NCBI GenBank assembly: GCA_000165425.1
Contig: CT868063.1
Location: 434,001 to 498,000, forward strand
Length of the DNA stretch: 64,000 nt
Source: Paramecium tetraurelia
Taxonomy: Eukaryota
Direction: 5' to 3'
Each line of letters opens with the position of its first letter. Positions within the stretch are counted from its first letter, which is position 1. The notes under the pieces are model-generated. The model had not been told where the DNA came from and searched no databases. It saw nothing but the letters and a program-made list of their open reading frames with translations. A program made the translations under genes and the position numbers. Shown here piece by piece: positions 51,401 through 64,000 of the stretch.

Positions 51401-54400
51401 ATTAGGAAGAAATTCGTATTCAAAAGGACAGAGATTAATTGGAGTAATTTATTAGAGAAAGAAGAGAGAAGTTTTAGAATAATCTTGATGAAATTACCCA
51501 AAGCATCAATAGATTGAAAACATCTTATACTTCTGCTTATTAAGTTAAAGAAGCCAATGACATTGTTGACAATCACGTTAAGAAATTATAAGAATATGTA
51601 GCTGAAATGTAGGACATCTAAATGAGAGAAGAACAATTGGGATGGTAACCTACTGAATTTGTCAAACTCTAAGAAGCTTAAAATAGTATCAAGCCTTATG
51701 AAGAATTGTGGCATCAATTGAGAGATTGGGAATAGAATTCAATGAATTGGACAAAGGCTAAATTTATCTTCAGATTAGATGCAGAAACTATTGAGAAGGA
51801 TGTCAAATCCATGTTAAGTTAAGCCAAAAAACTGACCTACTAATTCCCAAAGAATATCACTCCTTAAGGCACACAATAATTGATCAAATAATTGTCTGAC
51901 AAAATTAATGACTTCTAAGTTCAATTGCCTTTGATTAGAGTGTTCTCTAATCCAGGTATGAAGGAAAGACATTGGGAAGAGATCTCATAAATTATGGGAT
52001 TCCCAGTCAGACCAGACAAAGAATAATAACTATCGAAATTAATTGAATTGGATTTAAAATAACATTTTCTTAAATTTGAAGAAATTTCTGATTCTGCTAC
52101 CAAAGAATACAATTTAGAGAAGATCTTAAACAAAATGCAAGAAGATTGGGATAATGTAATTACAGAACTTAAACCATGGAAGGACACTGGTACCTTTATA
52201 GTTTCAGGAGCATCCAATGATGAAGTCTAAACTTTGTTGGATGATCAAATTGTAAAGACAATCACGATGAAGGGTTCTCCTTATGCAAGAAATTTTGAGA
52301 GCAGAATTGCTGAATGGGAAGCATTTTTATACTACACCTAATCTCTCTTTGATTACTGGCTAAAGGTCCAAGGAGTTTGGATGTATTTGGAGCCAGTGTT
52401 TACAAGTCCAGACATTTTGAAGCATCTTGCTATGGAAGGTACAAGATTCAAGGAGGTTGATGCAAGTTGGAAGTCAATTATGAATAAAGTAAATTCGAAT
52501 CCTAAAGTAATTGAATACACAAAGAATAGAAAAATGTTGGACATATTGAAAGAGTGCCATACATCCTTAGAAGTGTGTTAAAAAGGTTTGAATTCCTATT
52601 TGGAAGGTAAGAGAACGAATTTCCCAAGATTTTATTTCCTTTCAAATGATGAATTATTGGAAATTCTATCAGAAACAAAGGATCCTTAAAGAGTGCAACC
52701 TCATTTGAAGAAATGTTTTGAAGGTATTTAAAAATTAAAGATTGATGGAGAGAAAAAGATTCATGGAATGTATTCATCAGAATAAGAGTATGTGTAATTT
52801 TAGAATATTGTTGATACAAATGCAGCAAGAGGAAATGTGGATGAATGGTTGGTGGAGGTTGAGAAGAAGATGATTGAGAGCATTCATTATCAAACAGAAA
52901 AGGCATTTAAAGAATACAGTGATACTAATAGAAAGAATTGGGTTATTAATAGATGTGGTATGGCTGTGTTGAATATGGATATGACATTTTGGACAAGTGA
53001 GACTGAACGCAACATGTTGGAGAAGGGGAATGAAGGAGTTGGATAATATGCAGCCACTTGCACACACTAATTGTAAGAGATTGTTGCTTTGGTTCGTACT
53101 GAAATTTCAGTGTTAGACAGATGCACATTAGAAGCCATGATTGTGTTGGATGTCCATAATAGAGATGTGTTGAATCAATTGCACAAGGAGAAGGTGGAGA
53201 AAGTGAATGAGTTCTCTTGGTAAGCTCAATTGCGTTATTATTGGATTGATAACAATACTACTGTCAAAATTATCAATGCTGTTTGTGAATACAATTATGA
53301 ATATTTGGGAAATTCTGCAAGATTGGTTATTACACCATTAACAGACAGATGTTATAGGACATTGTGTGGTGCAATCCATTTGAATTATGGTGGTGCACCA
53401 GAGGGACCTGCAGGAACTGGTAAAACTGAAACTGTCAAGGATTTGGCTAAGGCTTTGGCTAGACAATGTGTTGTATTTAATTGTTCCGATGGATTAGATT
53501 ACAAGGCTATGGGTAAGTTCTTTAAGGGACTTGCAAGTTCAGGAGCTTGGTCATGTTTTGATGAGTTCAATCGTATTGATTTGGAAGTGTTATCAGTGGT
53601 TGCTCAATAAATTCTAACCATCCAGATGGCTAGAGCATCCAATAAATCCAGTTTTACTTTTGAAGGATCTGATATCAGATTGATTTAAACATGCAACTGC
53701 TTTATTACAATGAACCCTGGTTATGCAGGAAGATCAGAATTACCAGACAATTTGAAGGCTTTGTTCAGATCAGTGGCTATGATGGTTCCCAATTACGAAA
53801 TGATTGCAGAAATTTCATTGTATTCTTATGGATTCAGTTAAGCAAGAGATTTGGCCAGAAAGATTGTTACAACATATTAATTGTGTTCAGAATAATTGTC
53901 ATCTTAAGACCATTATGATTATGGTATGAGGGCTGTGAAATCAGTGTTGACAGCTGCAGGTAATTTAAAGAGAAAGTTCTAAAGTGAGGACGAGTTCATT
54001 TTGATGCTTCGAGCTATCAATGATGTCAACTTGGCCAAGTTTTTATCCTTTGATCTACCACTATTTTAAGGTATTACCAATGACTTGTTCCCTGGAATTA
54101 AGTTGCCAGAAATAGATTACAAAAATATGTATGAGTGTATCAATGTAGAGATTGAGAAATTAAATTTGTAGAAGGTGCCAGATTTCATTGTTAAGGTGAT
54201 TTAATTATATGAAATGATTCTAGTAAGACATGGTTTGATGGTTGTGGGATTGCCTTTTGGTGGTAAAACTAGTGCAATCAAAGTATTGGCAGGAGCATTA
54301 ACCTTATTAAATGAAAGAGGTCAAATGAATGAGAAGAAAGTGTAGATAATCACATTGAATCCTAAATCTATCACTATGAAGGAATTATATGGTAAATTTG

Positions 54401-57400
54401 ATGAAGTGTCTCATGAATGGTATGATGGAGTGTTGGCTGTCAAATTTAGATAATTTGCTAAGGCTGAAGATGAGGATAGGAAATGGTTGATATTTGATGG
54501 ACCTATTGATGCAGTTTGGATTGAAAATATGAACACAGTGTTGGATGATAATAAGAAATTATGTTTGAATTCAGGAGAAATTATTGCTATGAGCAAAGCT
54601 ATGAACATGGTGTTTGAACCAATGGATTTATAAGCAGCATCTCCAGCTACTGTATCCAGATGTGGTATGATTTATATGGAACCATAAATTGTTGGGTGGA
54701 AACCATTGCAGAAATCATGGATGAACACATTGCCAAAGGTACTACTGAAGGAAGATTTAGAAGAAATTTAAGAATTGTATGATGCCATGATGGAACCTTT
54801 AATGGAATTCCACTCCCACTAAAGAATGGCATCAGAAAAGTATGAAATATCTCCTTGTCAGAATGCTAACTTGCTAGTGAGTCACACAAAGTTGTTTAAA
54901 TCTCTACTCCAAGTCTTCGATGATGAATAATTGAAGGGACTTGATGCAAAAATAAGACAAGGACTATTACAATAGTAATTTGTATTCGCTTTGATTTGGT
55001 CATTCGGAGCTAGTGTTAGTACTGACTTTAGAAAACCCTTTGATCAATTTATGAAGAGGTTGTGTGGAGGTGATATTCACACAAAAAATGAGGCTCCAAA
55101 AAAGAAAGTAGCCATCCCAGACAGAGGCAGTCTTTTTGATTACATTTTCGACTTGAAATAGAACAAGAGTGATGGTGAATGGATTTTATGGACTCAATTG
55201 ATAGATAAGAATGAGTAGATCTCTCCAAAATTGCAACCACATGAAATTCTAGTGAAAACTACTGATACAGTGCGTTATTCGTATTGGTTATTGAAGAACA
55301 TATTCTCAGGCACAGCCACTTTGTTCTGTGGTCCTACTGGTACAGGCAAGAGTGTCTACATCAAGAATGTGCTTGCTGAATTACCTAAGGGACAATACTC
55401 TGCCATTGAACTAGGATTCTCTGCTTAAACTACATCGACATAAACACAGTTCATTATTGATTAGAAATTAGAGAGAATCAGGAAGGGATTCTACGGACCA
55501 AGAATAGGAAATTATGTGATATTTGTTGATGATTTAAATATGCCAGCAAAGGAGAAGTGGGGTGCTCAACCTCCAATTGAAATCTTAAGACAATTCTTGG
55601 ATTAAGGTGGTTGGTATGACAATGGTGATAAAGAGAAGATGTTCAAGAGCATCATAAATTGTGTGTTTGTAACAGCAATGGGTCCACCAGGAGGAGGAAG
55701 AACATTTGTTACTCCAAGAATTTTGAGACATTTAAGTTTGATCTCCTTGGCTGCTTTTGATGATGAGACATTGAATCGTATATTTGGATCCATTTTGAAG
55801 TGGTTCTTTACTAATCAGAATTTCCCTTAGGATATTTTAAAGATGGAATCCAAGATAGTTAATGGAACATTAGAAATCTACAAATTGGCAATGAGGGAAT
55901 TGTTGCCCACTCCAACCAAGAGTCATTACTTGTTTAACTTAAGAGATTTTGCAAAAGTCATATTGGGTATCTGTCTGGCAGACAAGGACAAGATCAATAC
56001 AACTGATGTGATGGCTAGGCTTTGGACTCACGAAGTTTGGAGAGTGTTTGCAGACAGATTGATTAATGACGACGATCGTTTATTGATGTTGAGATCAGTA
56101 AGGGAGATTATGAGAAAGTCCTTTGGATTGAATTTTGATACCATATTTGAACATCTAGATAAGCCTGATGCTGACGGTAAGAAGGATAACAAGATTGATC
56201 AATTGGATGAGATCAGAGGTCTAATATTTACTGATGTTATGACACCTATGGGTGCTCCCAAGAGGTTCTACGAAGAAGTAATTGACCAAGCCAAATTATC
56301 CAATGCTGTTGAATAGCAATTGCAAAACTATAATGATATTAGTGATAAACCTATGGATTTGGTGTTGTTCTAATTTGCCATTGAGCACTTGTTAGTGATC
56401 ACTCGTATCATGAAACAACCTGGTGGTAATGCCTTGCTTGTTGGTGTCGGTGGTTCTGGTAGATAATCATTGGCAAGATTAGCATCATCTATTGGGGATT
56501 TCAAGGTAGTTTAAATAGAAATATCTAAATCATATGGAAAATTGGAATGGCATGAGGACATCAAGAAATTGTTGAAATAATGTGGAGGCAAGAATGAAGC
56601 ATCTACATTTTTGTTTACTGATAATTAGATCAAATTGGAATCCTTCGTTGAGGATGTGAATAACTTATTAAATACTTCTGAGGTTCCCAACATCTTCCCA
56701 ACAGAAGAGAAAACTGAAGTCACTGAAATGGTTAGACCAGCCTATCAATCTATAAATAAGGAGGGAGAGGCCACTTTGAATTAATTATATGCTTTCTTCT
56801 TGGAAAGAGTGAAAAAGAATCTTCATATTGTATTATGCATGTCACCTATTGGAGATGCCTTCAGAACAAGAGTAAGGATGTTCCCTTCCTTAGTCAATTG
56901 TTGCACCATAGATTGGTTTAATGAATGGCCTCAGGATGCCTTGGTAAGTGTGGCTACAAGATTCCTTAAGCCCGTGGAAATGGATGACAGAATCAAACAG
57001 GAATGCATAGATATGGTGCAGTTCTTCCATCAGAGTACTATGCATTGGGCTAAGAAATTCTATGATGATCTCAAACGTAAATATTATGTCACTCCAACCA
57101 GTTATTTGGAATTGATTGTAACATTCAAATCCTTGTTGTATGAAAAGAGAAACGAGGTCACTGCTCAGATCAATAAATATAGAAATGGTCTAAGTAAGAT
57201 CACAACCACTGAAAACAATGTGGAAGGCATGAAAACTAATTTGATTCAATTACAACCACAATTGAAGGATGCTGCTGAAAAAACTAAAATCAAAATGGAC
57301 GAAGTGCAAAAAGAGAAAGTACAAGCTGATTCACTCAAGACGGTTATTCAATCTGAAGAGGCTGTTGTGCAAGAGGCAGTCGATAAGGCTAATGCCATAA

Positions 57401-60400
57401 AAGAAGAATGTGAGGCTGAGTTGTCTGAAGCAATGCCAGCACTCAGAGCGGCCTAAGATGCCTTGAATGTCTTGGATAAAAAGCAAATTGAATTCTTGAA
57501 GCAAATGAAAGCTCCTTCAATGACCATCAGGAATATCTTAAGAGCTTTGTGTCTTCTATTGTATCCAAACCCAACTGAAAAGACCAAGGATAAGGATGGC
57601 ATTAGATTGGTCACAGATTGGTGGTAAGCTTCATTAAAGGTCTTGGGAAGATCGGGTCTTCTGGAAGAAATGTCTACGTTCAATACTGATACTGTTGAAG
57701 AAAAGGTCATTGTGAATTTGGGTAAATATTTACAGGATCCTGAATACAAGGAGTCCTTAGAATTGTCTGCAGCTGAAAATGCATCACCTGCTTGTAAAGT
57801 TATTATGATGTGGATTAATGGTGTGTATAACTTCTATTTTGTTAACAAGAAGGTCAAACCCAAGAAGATTGCCTTGGCAGAATCCTAAGCTCAAGTGGAT
57901 GGTTTGAATGCCAAGTTAGCTGTAAAACAAAAGGAGTTGAATGATGCCAATGAGAAAGTTAGCAAGTTAAACAAAGAATTGCAATAAACTATAGACAATA
58001 AAAACAGATTAGAAAATGAATATGAAGAATGCTCCAAATAATTAGAAAGAGCCAAGAAACTTATTGAATCATTAGGAGGAGAAAAAGGTAGATGGGGAGC
58101 ATTTGCTGAACAACTCGAAGCCAATTATATCACTTTGACAGGAGATGTATTGACATCAGCAGGAATGATTGCCTATTCAGGTGCATTTACTCAAGCATTT
58201 AGAATTGAAATTGTCAAAGAATGGGTAGCCAAATGTGTTGAAAAAAGTATTCCTTCTTCTTAGATTTTCTCATTGCTCACAGTTTTAGGAGAACCTGTAA
58301 AAATCAGAGCTTGGAATATTGATGGTTTGCCTTCTGATCAATTCTCTATTGAAAACAGTATCATCTTGTTCAAAGCCAGAAGATGGCCACTTTGTATTGA
58401 TCCTTAAGGACAAGCAAACAAATGGATTAAGAAGATGGAACACTCAAGAAAAATTGCTATCATCAAATTATCAGACTCTGACTTCTTGAGATAATTGGAA
58501 AATGCTATCCAATTTGGAAAACCAGTGTTGTTGGAGAATGTTCTGGAGGAATTGGATGCTTCACTCACTCCCATTCTCTTAAAGTAAGTGTTCACTAAAG
58601 GAAATACTTCTTATATCAAATTAGGAGAGAGCACAATCGAGTATTCAAATCAATTCCAATTTTACATTACAACCAAACTCAGAAATCCCCACTATTTACC
58701 TGAAATATCAACCAAGGTTACATTGCTTAACTTTATGATCACATATGAAGGATTGAGTGATCAATTATTAGGTATTTTGGTTAAGAAAGAGAGACCTGAC
58801 TTAGAGAGAGAAAAGGAAAGACTCATTATGGAAGGTGCTAGTAATAAGAAGTAATTGGCAGAAATTGAATAAAAGATTTTGGAAGTGTTATCTGGAAACA
58901 AGAATATTTTAACAGATGAAACTGCAATTGAGATCCTAACAGCTTCCAAATTAAAATCAAATGAAATCAGTGAGAAATAAATTATTGCTGAATAGACAGA
59001 GAAAAACATTGATGCTGCCAGACAAGAGTACGTTTCTGTAGCATAATAAGCGTCTTGCTTATTCTTTGTCATTTCTGATCTCAACAATATTGATCCCATG
59101 TATTAATATTCACTTGTCTATTTTATTGATCTCTTCACACAATCAATTGTAAAATCAGATAAGTCTGACAATATTGGCATAAGACTGGAGAATCTCAAAA
59201 ACTATTTCCTGCTCTCATTGTATAGAAACATTTGTAGATCATTATTTGAGAAGGATAAATTGTTATTCTCCTTCCTTCTAGCAACCAGAGTGATGGAATT
59301 CCGTAAATAATTAGATTAGGAGGCATTCAGATTCTTAATGACAGGAGGTTTGTCCTTATAAGAAAAGATGCCAGATCAACCTAAAACTGACTGGGTATTG
59401 CCAAAGAATTGGGGAGAAATCACTAGATTGAGTTAGTTACCAACCACCTAAGGATTTCATGAATACTTCTACAAAGATGCCTACTTGAATGGATTCAAGA
59501 GAATTTATGATTCATTACAACCACAATCTGAAGATTTACCAGGAGAATTAAAAGATAAATATACTAATCCATTGATAAAGTTATGTGTGTTAAGATGCAT
59601 CAGACCAGACAAATTGATTCCAGCCATTTAGATATTTGTTCATGGATATTTGGGAGAGGAATTCATCTTCCCACCAGCCTTTAACTTGGCTGAGATCTAT
59701 GAAGACAGTTCCTCAGTAACTCCTCTCATCTTTGTTTTATCTCCAGGATCAGATCCATTTGCTTCATTAAGTGTATTTGCAAATGCTAAGAACAAGTCCT
59801 TTGCTCAGATTTCATTGGGATAAGGTTAAGGACCATTAGCATAAAAATTGATTTCAGAAGGTGTAATCAATGGAAGTTGGGTAGTGTTGCAAAATTGTCA
59901 CTTGGCCGTTTCTTGGATGAACACTCTAGAGAAGATCTGCGAAGAATTATCACCAGATCCAAAACAAACTCATCCTGAATTTAGATTGTGGCTAACAAGT
60001 TATCCAAGTCCTCAATTCCCCACTGCCATCTTATAAGCTGGTATTAAGATGACTAATGAACCTCCAAAGGGATTAAAGGCTAATTTACAAGGATCCTACT
60101 TGACAGATCCCATTTCAAATGACGAATTCTTCTCTGGGTGTAACAAGCCTGAATGGTTCAAGAGACTACTATTTGGTTTATGTTTCTTCCATGCAGTTAT
60201 TCAGGAACGAAGAAAGTATGGACCTCTTGGATGGAACATTCCTTATGAATTTAACGAGTCAGATCTACGTATATGTGTCAGATAATTGAGAATGTTCTTG
60301 GATGAAAATGATTAGGTACCTTTTGAGGCATTAAGATATTTAACTGCAGAATGTAATTATGGTGGAAGAGTCACTGATGACAAGGACAGAAACCTTATCA

Positions 60401-61566
60401 AAATTCTACTTGAGGATTACTATTGTCCATAAGTAATTGATGAAAATGAGAAATACAATTTTGGTTACGAAGAATACAATGCACCTCATTATGAAACTAG
60501 GGAGGAGTATTTGGATCATATCAAATAACTCCCACTTTTGACTCCACCTCAAATATTTGGTTTCCATCCAAATGCTGATATCACCAAAGACATGAACGAA
60601 ACAAATCTTATTCTAGATTCTTTATTATTATGTTCTGCTTAAGGTGGTAGTTCAAGTGGACAATCATTTGAATAAGTGCTTGAATAATTGGTCAAAACAA
60701 TTATGACTGATTTCCCTGAAGAATTTAATTACGAACAAGCTACTGAAAAATATCCATTCAATCCTAAAGAATCCATGAATACAGTGCTTACATAAGAGTT
60801 AACTAGATTTAATAAGTTGATCAACATTATCAGAAAAAGCATGGATGATCTCAAACTTGCTCTCATGGGTAAAATCTTAATGAGTCCATAACTCGAAAGA
60901 GCCAGTAGACAACTATTTGATGGTAAAGTCCCTGATCTTTGGATGGAAAAATCTTATCCCTCCTTAAAACCACTAGGAAGTTACGTAATTGATTTGAAGG
61001 CTAGATTGACCTTCTTCTAGAAATGGTTGGACGAAGGAATTCCATATAATTATTGGTTATCTGGATTCTTCTTCACCCAAAGTTATCTTACTGGTGTCTT
61101 ATAGAACTTTGCAAGAAAATATGTTATTCCCATCGATGAAATTAAATTTGAATACAAGGTAATTCCACTTTCATTATTTTTAGATTATGGATTAATCAAT
61201 CGATGAACATATTTAATCCAGACCAGAAGATGGAGCCTATGTTTGGGGTTTATACTTAGAGGGTGCCAAATGGAATTTCAATACCATGGAACTCGATGAG
61301 TCAGATCCAAAAGTACTATCTATTATAAAATTTAGGTTTTATTCACAAAATGTCCCACCATTCAATTATGTCCTATGCATATTTCCAAAATTGATCCTCC
61401 TCCTACTTATAATTGTCCACTCTACAAAACTAGTGCCAGAAGAGGAGTGTTGTCTACAACTGGTCACTCTACTAATTTTGTGATGTACGTCAGACTATAT
61501 ACTTCTAAACCCGAAAGATTCTGGGTTAAAAGAGGTGTAGCCCTACTTACATAATTGGATGATTGA
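48403..61566 (+). CDS. axonemal inner-arm-type dynein heavy chain (DNAH3/7-like) with N-terminal HU-CCDC81-like domains
   Basis: P-loops [26 protein letters not shown] and [36 protein letters not shown]; stalk; [16 protein letters not shown]; ends [18 protein letters not shown] few tiny introns at both ends. Confidence 0.96.
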
Positions 61567-61582
61567 CAGTAATACAAAAATA

Positions 61583-61614
61583 ATTATTAAATTATTAAAT
61601 TATTAAATTATTAA
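61583..61614 (+). repeat. short tandem repeat (ATTATTAA)x4 in the dynein 3' flank
   Basis: Directly visible just after the dynein stop codon. Confidence 0.6.
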
Positions 61615-61708
61615 TACATGTGTTGATATTGCTTAATTTTAAATCCTATTAAATTTTACATATATCAATTCGAAATAAGTTTGCTTACGAAATATTAATT
61701 GATTTTCC

Positions 61709-63211
61709 ATGTATATAATTCAATCTGCTGCTGAAAACATAAGAACCCTCGATATATTTGGAATGGACGTGCATCTCCTTAGCTAGAGATCAAACACCCA
61801 TAAAACATACTCAGGAGCAGCTGCCTCGATCTTTATTTTATCTGTCCTCGTCTATTCCTTCTATTCGTTTATCTTATAGATGAACGAAGGTAAAAATGCA
61901 ATTCTCAATAGACAAGAGGCTCTCCTGTAAAATAATGAAGTAATATATGAATTCAAATATAAGGGGTACACTTTTGATGCAAAGGATTTCATTTTTATAA
62001 CTGGCCTTTTGGATGGAGCAGGGTAACCAATTATGAATCAGAATAATAGTATCTATTCAGTCACGTTCTATTTTTGTAATAAATCTTTATCAGACACGCA
62101 ATGCACTTATTTTTCCAGTACTATTTGCGGTGACATTATCACTGAATTATCATAGGTAAAAGCAGTTTAATCCGTTTTAGAAAATGGGTGTACCAAAAGA
62201 TTATCAATATATTAGCTACTGCCTTGACTAAGAGAAGGCAGAGAACTTTTACAACAGTCCGATTACAAGGTTCTCAAAGGATGGACAATTTTACATTATT
62301 TGGGGTTTTACTTAATAGATGTGTAAATAGCACTGAAAAAAATGGTATATTCTATTCTAAATTTAGATTGTGCCTCCCAAGAACAAATTGACTAATTGGT
62401 TACTAACTCTAACTTCTATTACTCTTATACAAATTTTTAGTTCAGAAAGGATCTAAATAGTTATCCCTTTGAAACTATGCAGAATTTTGATGTTACAACT
62501 TTGTATCCTAAACTAAAAAAATATATAAAAGTATTATACTCTTACAGTGTTGCTTACTTAGAGTATAATCCTTTTTATTTCTTTCCTTAAACCACTGAAT
62601 GCCAGTCCATAGAGTATGATTAATCAATAATTGATGCCGTTGTAATTTCAGAAAATGACGCCCAGCTCGCTTAAGTAGAATTACATTTAGGTGTTAAAAA
62701 ATTTATAAGTCAAGTTACTTATCAAACCCTGATGGACGTTGCTGCGAAATTAGGCGGATTTTTTACAATTCTCAAAATTTGTATTTCAATAATTTTGCAA
62801 CCAATCTAATGGTTTCAATATAGATTATACTTGATTAATCGTTATTTAGACATTAAAAAAGGAAACAGATCCCTTACAAACTTGATAGATATTGATAATC
62901 TGAATTTCTTATAGGTGGTATTTTCTAAAAATAAGAGAAAGTACTTTTATGAATAAAATCGGGTTATAGACAAACTATTGGATATTGCAGAAATAGCATT
63001 TAATCCTTTAAAACTTATACGGCAAGTTGAAGACTTACAGTTTTCTATCAAATAACTCGATATTTCGAAAACGAAAAGGTATCGATTAGAAGAAAATGAA
63101 CATGAACAAATAGAAATTAAAAGTATTTGCCGATCCATAAACTAAGAGTTAGATTCAAATGGACAATAAAAAATATTACCAAGCATCAAGATTAATATAA
63201 CGAGCAAGTGA
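61709..63211 (+). CDS. two-TM membrane protein with a large Cys-containing loop (expanded ciliate family)
   Basis: N-terminal LDIFG..HKTYSGAAASIFILSVLVY (TM1), a loop with paired Cys, VTYQTLMDVAAKLGGFFTILKI (TM2), and a cytoplasmic tail. About 3 tiny introns. Confidence 0.7.
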
Positions 63212-63309
63212 TTTAAATATTGGTTATAATTGAAATGTATTTGTATGCTAATCAATGATATAATAAACCATTGAATTAATCTAAATGATTTGTATTTCTT
63301 TAATTATTA

Positions 63310-63945
63310 ATGATTATTCATTAAAACTGGAGATCCGAGAAAATCTAACTTATTAAAGATGTTATTAAAAATAAAAATGTTCTTCCACCCTACGTCTAAG
63401 GAAAAATATTGAAATAGTTGGATTTCTAAGTAAAAGCACTTGAAAATAGAAGCAATGAATCACTTTCTCCAAAAAAGAAAAATACAAATTTGAAACCTCC
63501 ACCACTAACGAAATATGATTCCAAATTTGATAGAAGCTATAGTATAGGAAATCCTTTGGAATAAGAATGCATTAAATGCAAAAAGTTCATATTTTAAAAT
63601 AGTGCTGTGTTGCAATGTACTAAAACTTAGCATCGTATGCATGAGAGATGTATTCTTTAGCATTTTAAGGAATTGTATTTAAATAATCAACTTAATTTTG
63701 GATGTGTTTGTGGTAAGAAACTAATTCCAGAATAGATTAAAGCAATCAATATTAAAGGAATTGAGGACTTGGTTAATTCAATTTATTCAAAATAATTAAA
63801 AGAGATCTCAAATTCAAAATCCATTGAAAAATGTAGAAATCCATAGTGTGATTTTTTTTGGATAAGTGATCTTAGAATGTAAAAATAAAAATATAATGGA
63901 AAGTAATTGAAAACTCTGTCCAAAAAATATTGTCCTTTTTGTTGA
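63310..63945 (+). CDS. RING-finger protein with a partial IBR-like zinc site
   Basis: Intronless 212 codons: CIKC..CTKTQHRMHERC..CVC, then CRNPQC..YCPFC-TGA. Confidence 0.7.
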
Positions 63946-64000
63946 TTGAATGTTTATTGCATGATTTATAAAGAAATTAATTTGTATATTACACGAAAGA

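Noticed and set aside
48403..61566. Dynein and other genes as pseudogenes because of many TAA/TAG stops
   Set aside because: TAA/TAG encode Gln here; the frames are continuous under code 6.
1..64000. Retained IESs, transposons, telomeric repeats, tRNA or rRNA
   Set aside because: I saw no G4T2/G3T3 arrays, transposase motifs or cloverleaf structures. The interruptions I examined fit GT..AG introns rather than TA-bounded IESs. Short IESs in intergenic DNA cannot be excluded by eye.

Overview
This is AT-rich, gene-dense eukaryotic DNA. It reads cleanly only in the ciliate nuclear code (TAA/TAG = Gln, TGA = the only stop) and has 20-30 nt GT..AG introns and intergenic gaps as short as 13 nt. 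That points to a Paramecium-type macronuclear chromosome segment, so the supplied standard-code ORF track is fragmented and largely misleading. Retranslating by hand gives 29 protein genes. Signalling and regulation: four protein kinases (a partial CAMK-group kinase, a CDPK, a MARK/AMPK-like kinase, CK1), a cyclin-E-like cyclin, a cNMP-binding protein, a membrane-anchored PDE, ADA2, an RBR ligase and a truncated RBR-like protein. Membrane and secreted proteins: a CAP protein, a bacterial-type SIMPL/DUF541 protein, two tandem K+ channels, a ~2900-aa beta-helix/multi-TM protein and a 2-TM ciliate-family protein. Mitochondrial candidates: TypA/BipA and a RAP-domain protein. Cortex and cytoskeleton: an epiplasmin, a MORN protein, an IST1-like ESCRT-III protein and a 13-kb axonemal dynein heavy chain. 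The rest are hypothetical. The most notable features are unusual domain architectures: an FG-repeat block in IST1, a CCHC zinc knuckle in both charge-poor K+ channels, a MORN tail in frame on the giant membrane protein, and HU-like domains on the dynein N-terminus. I saw no rRNA, tRNA, CRISPR array, transposon or telomere. All assignments come from manual motif recognition with no database search; intron boundaries and some start codons are inferred.
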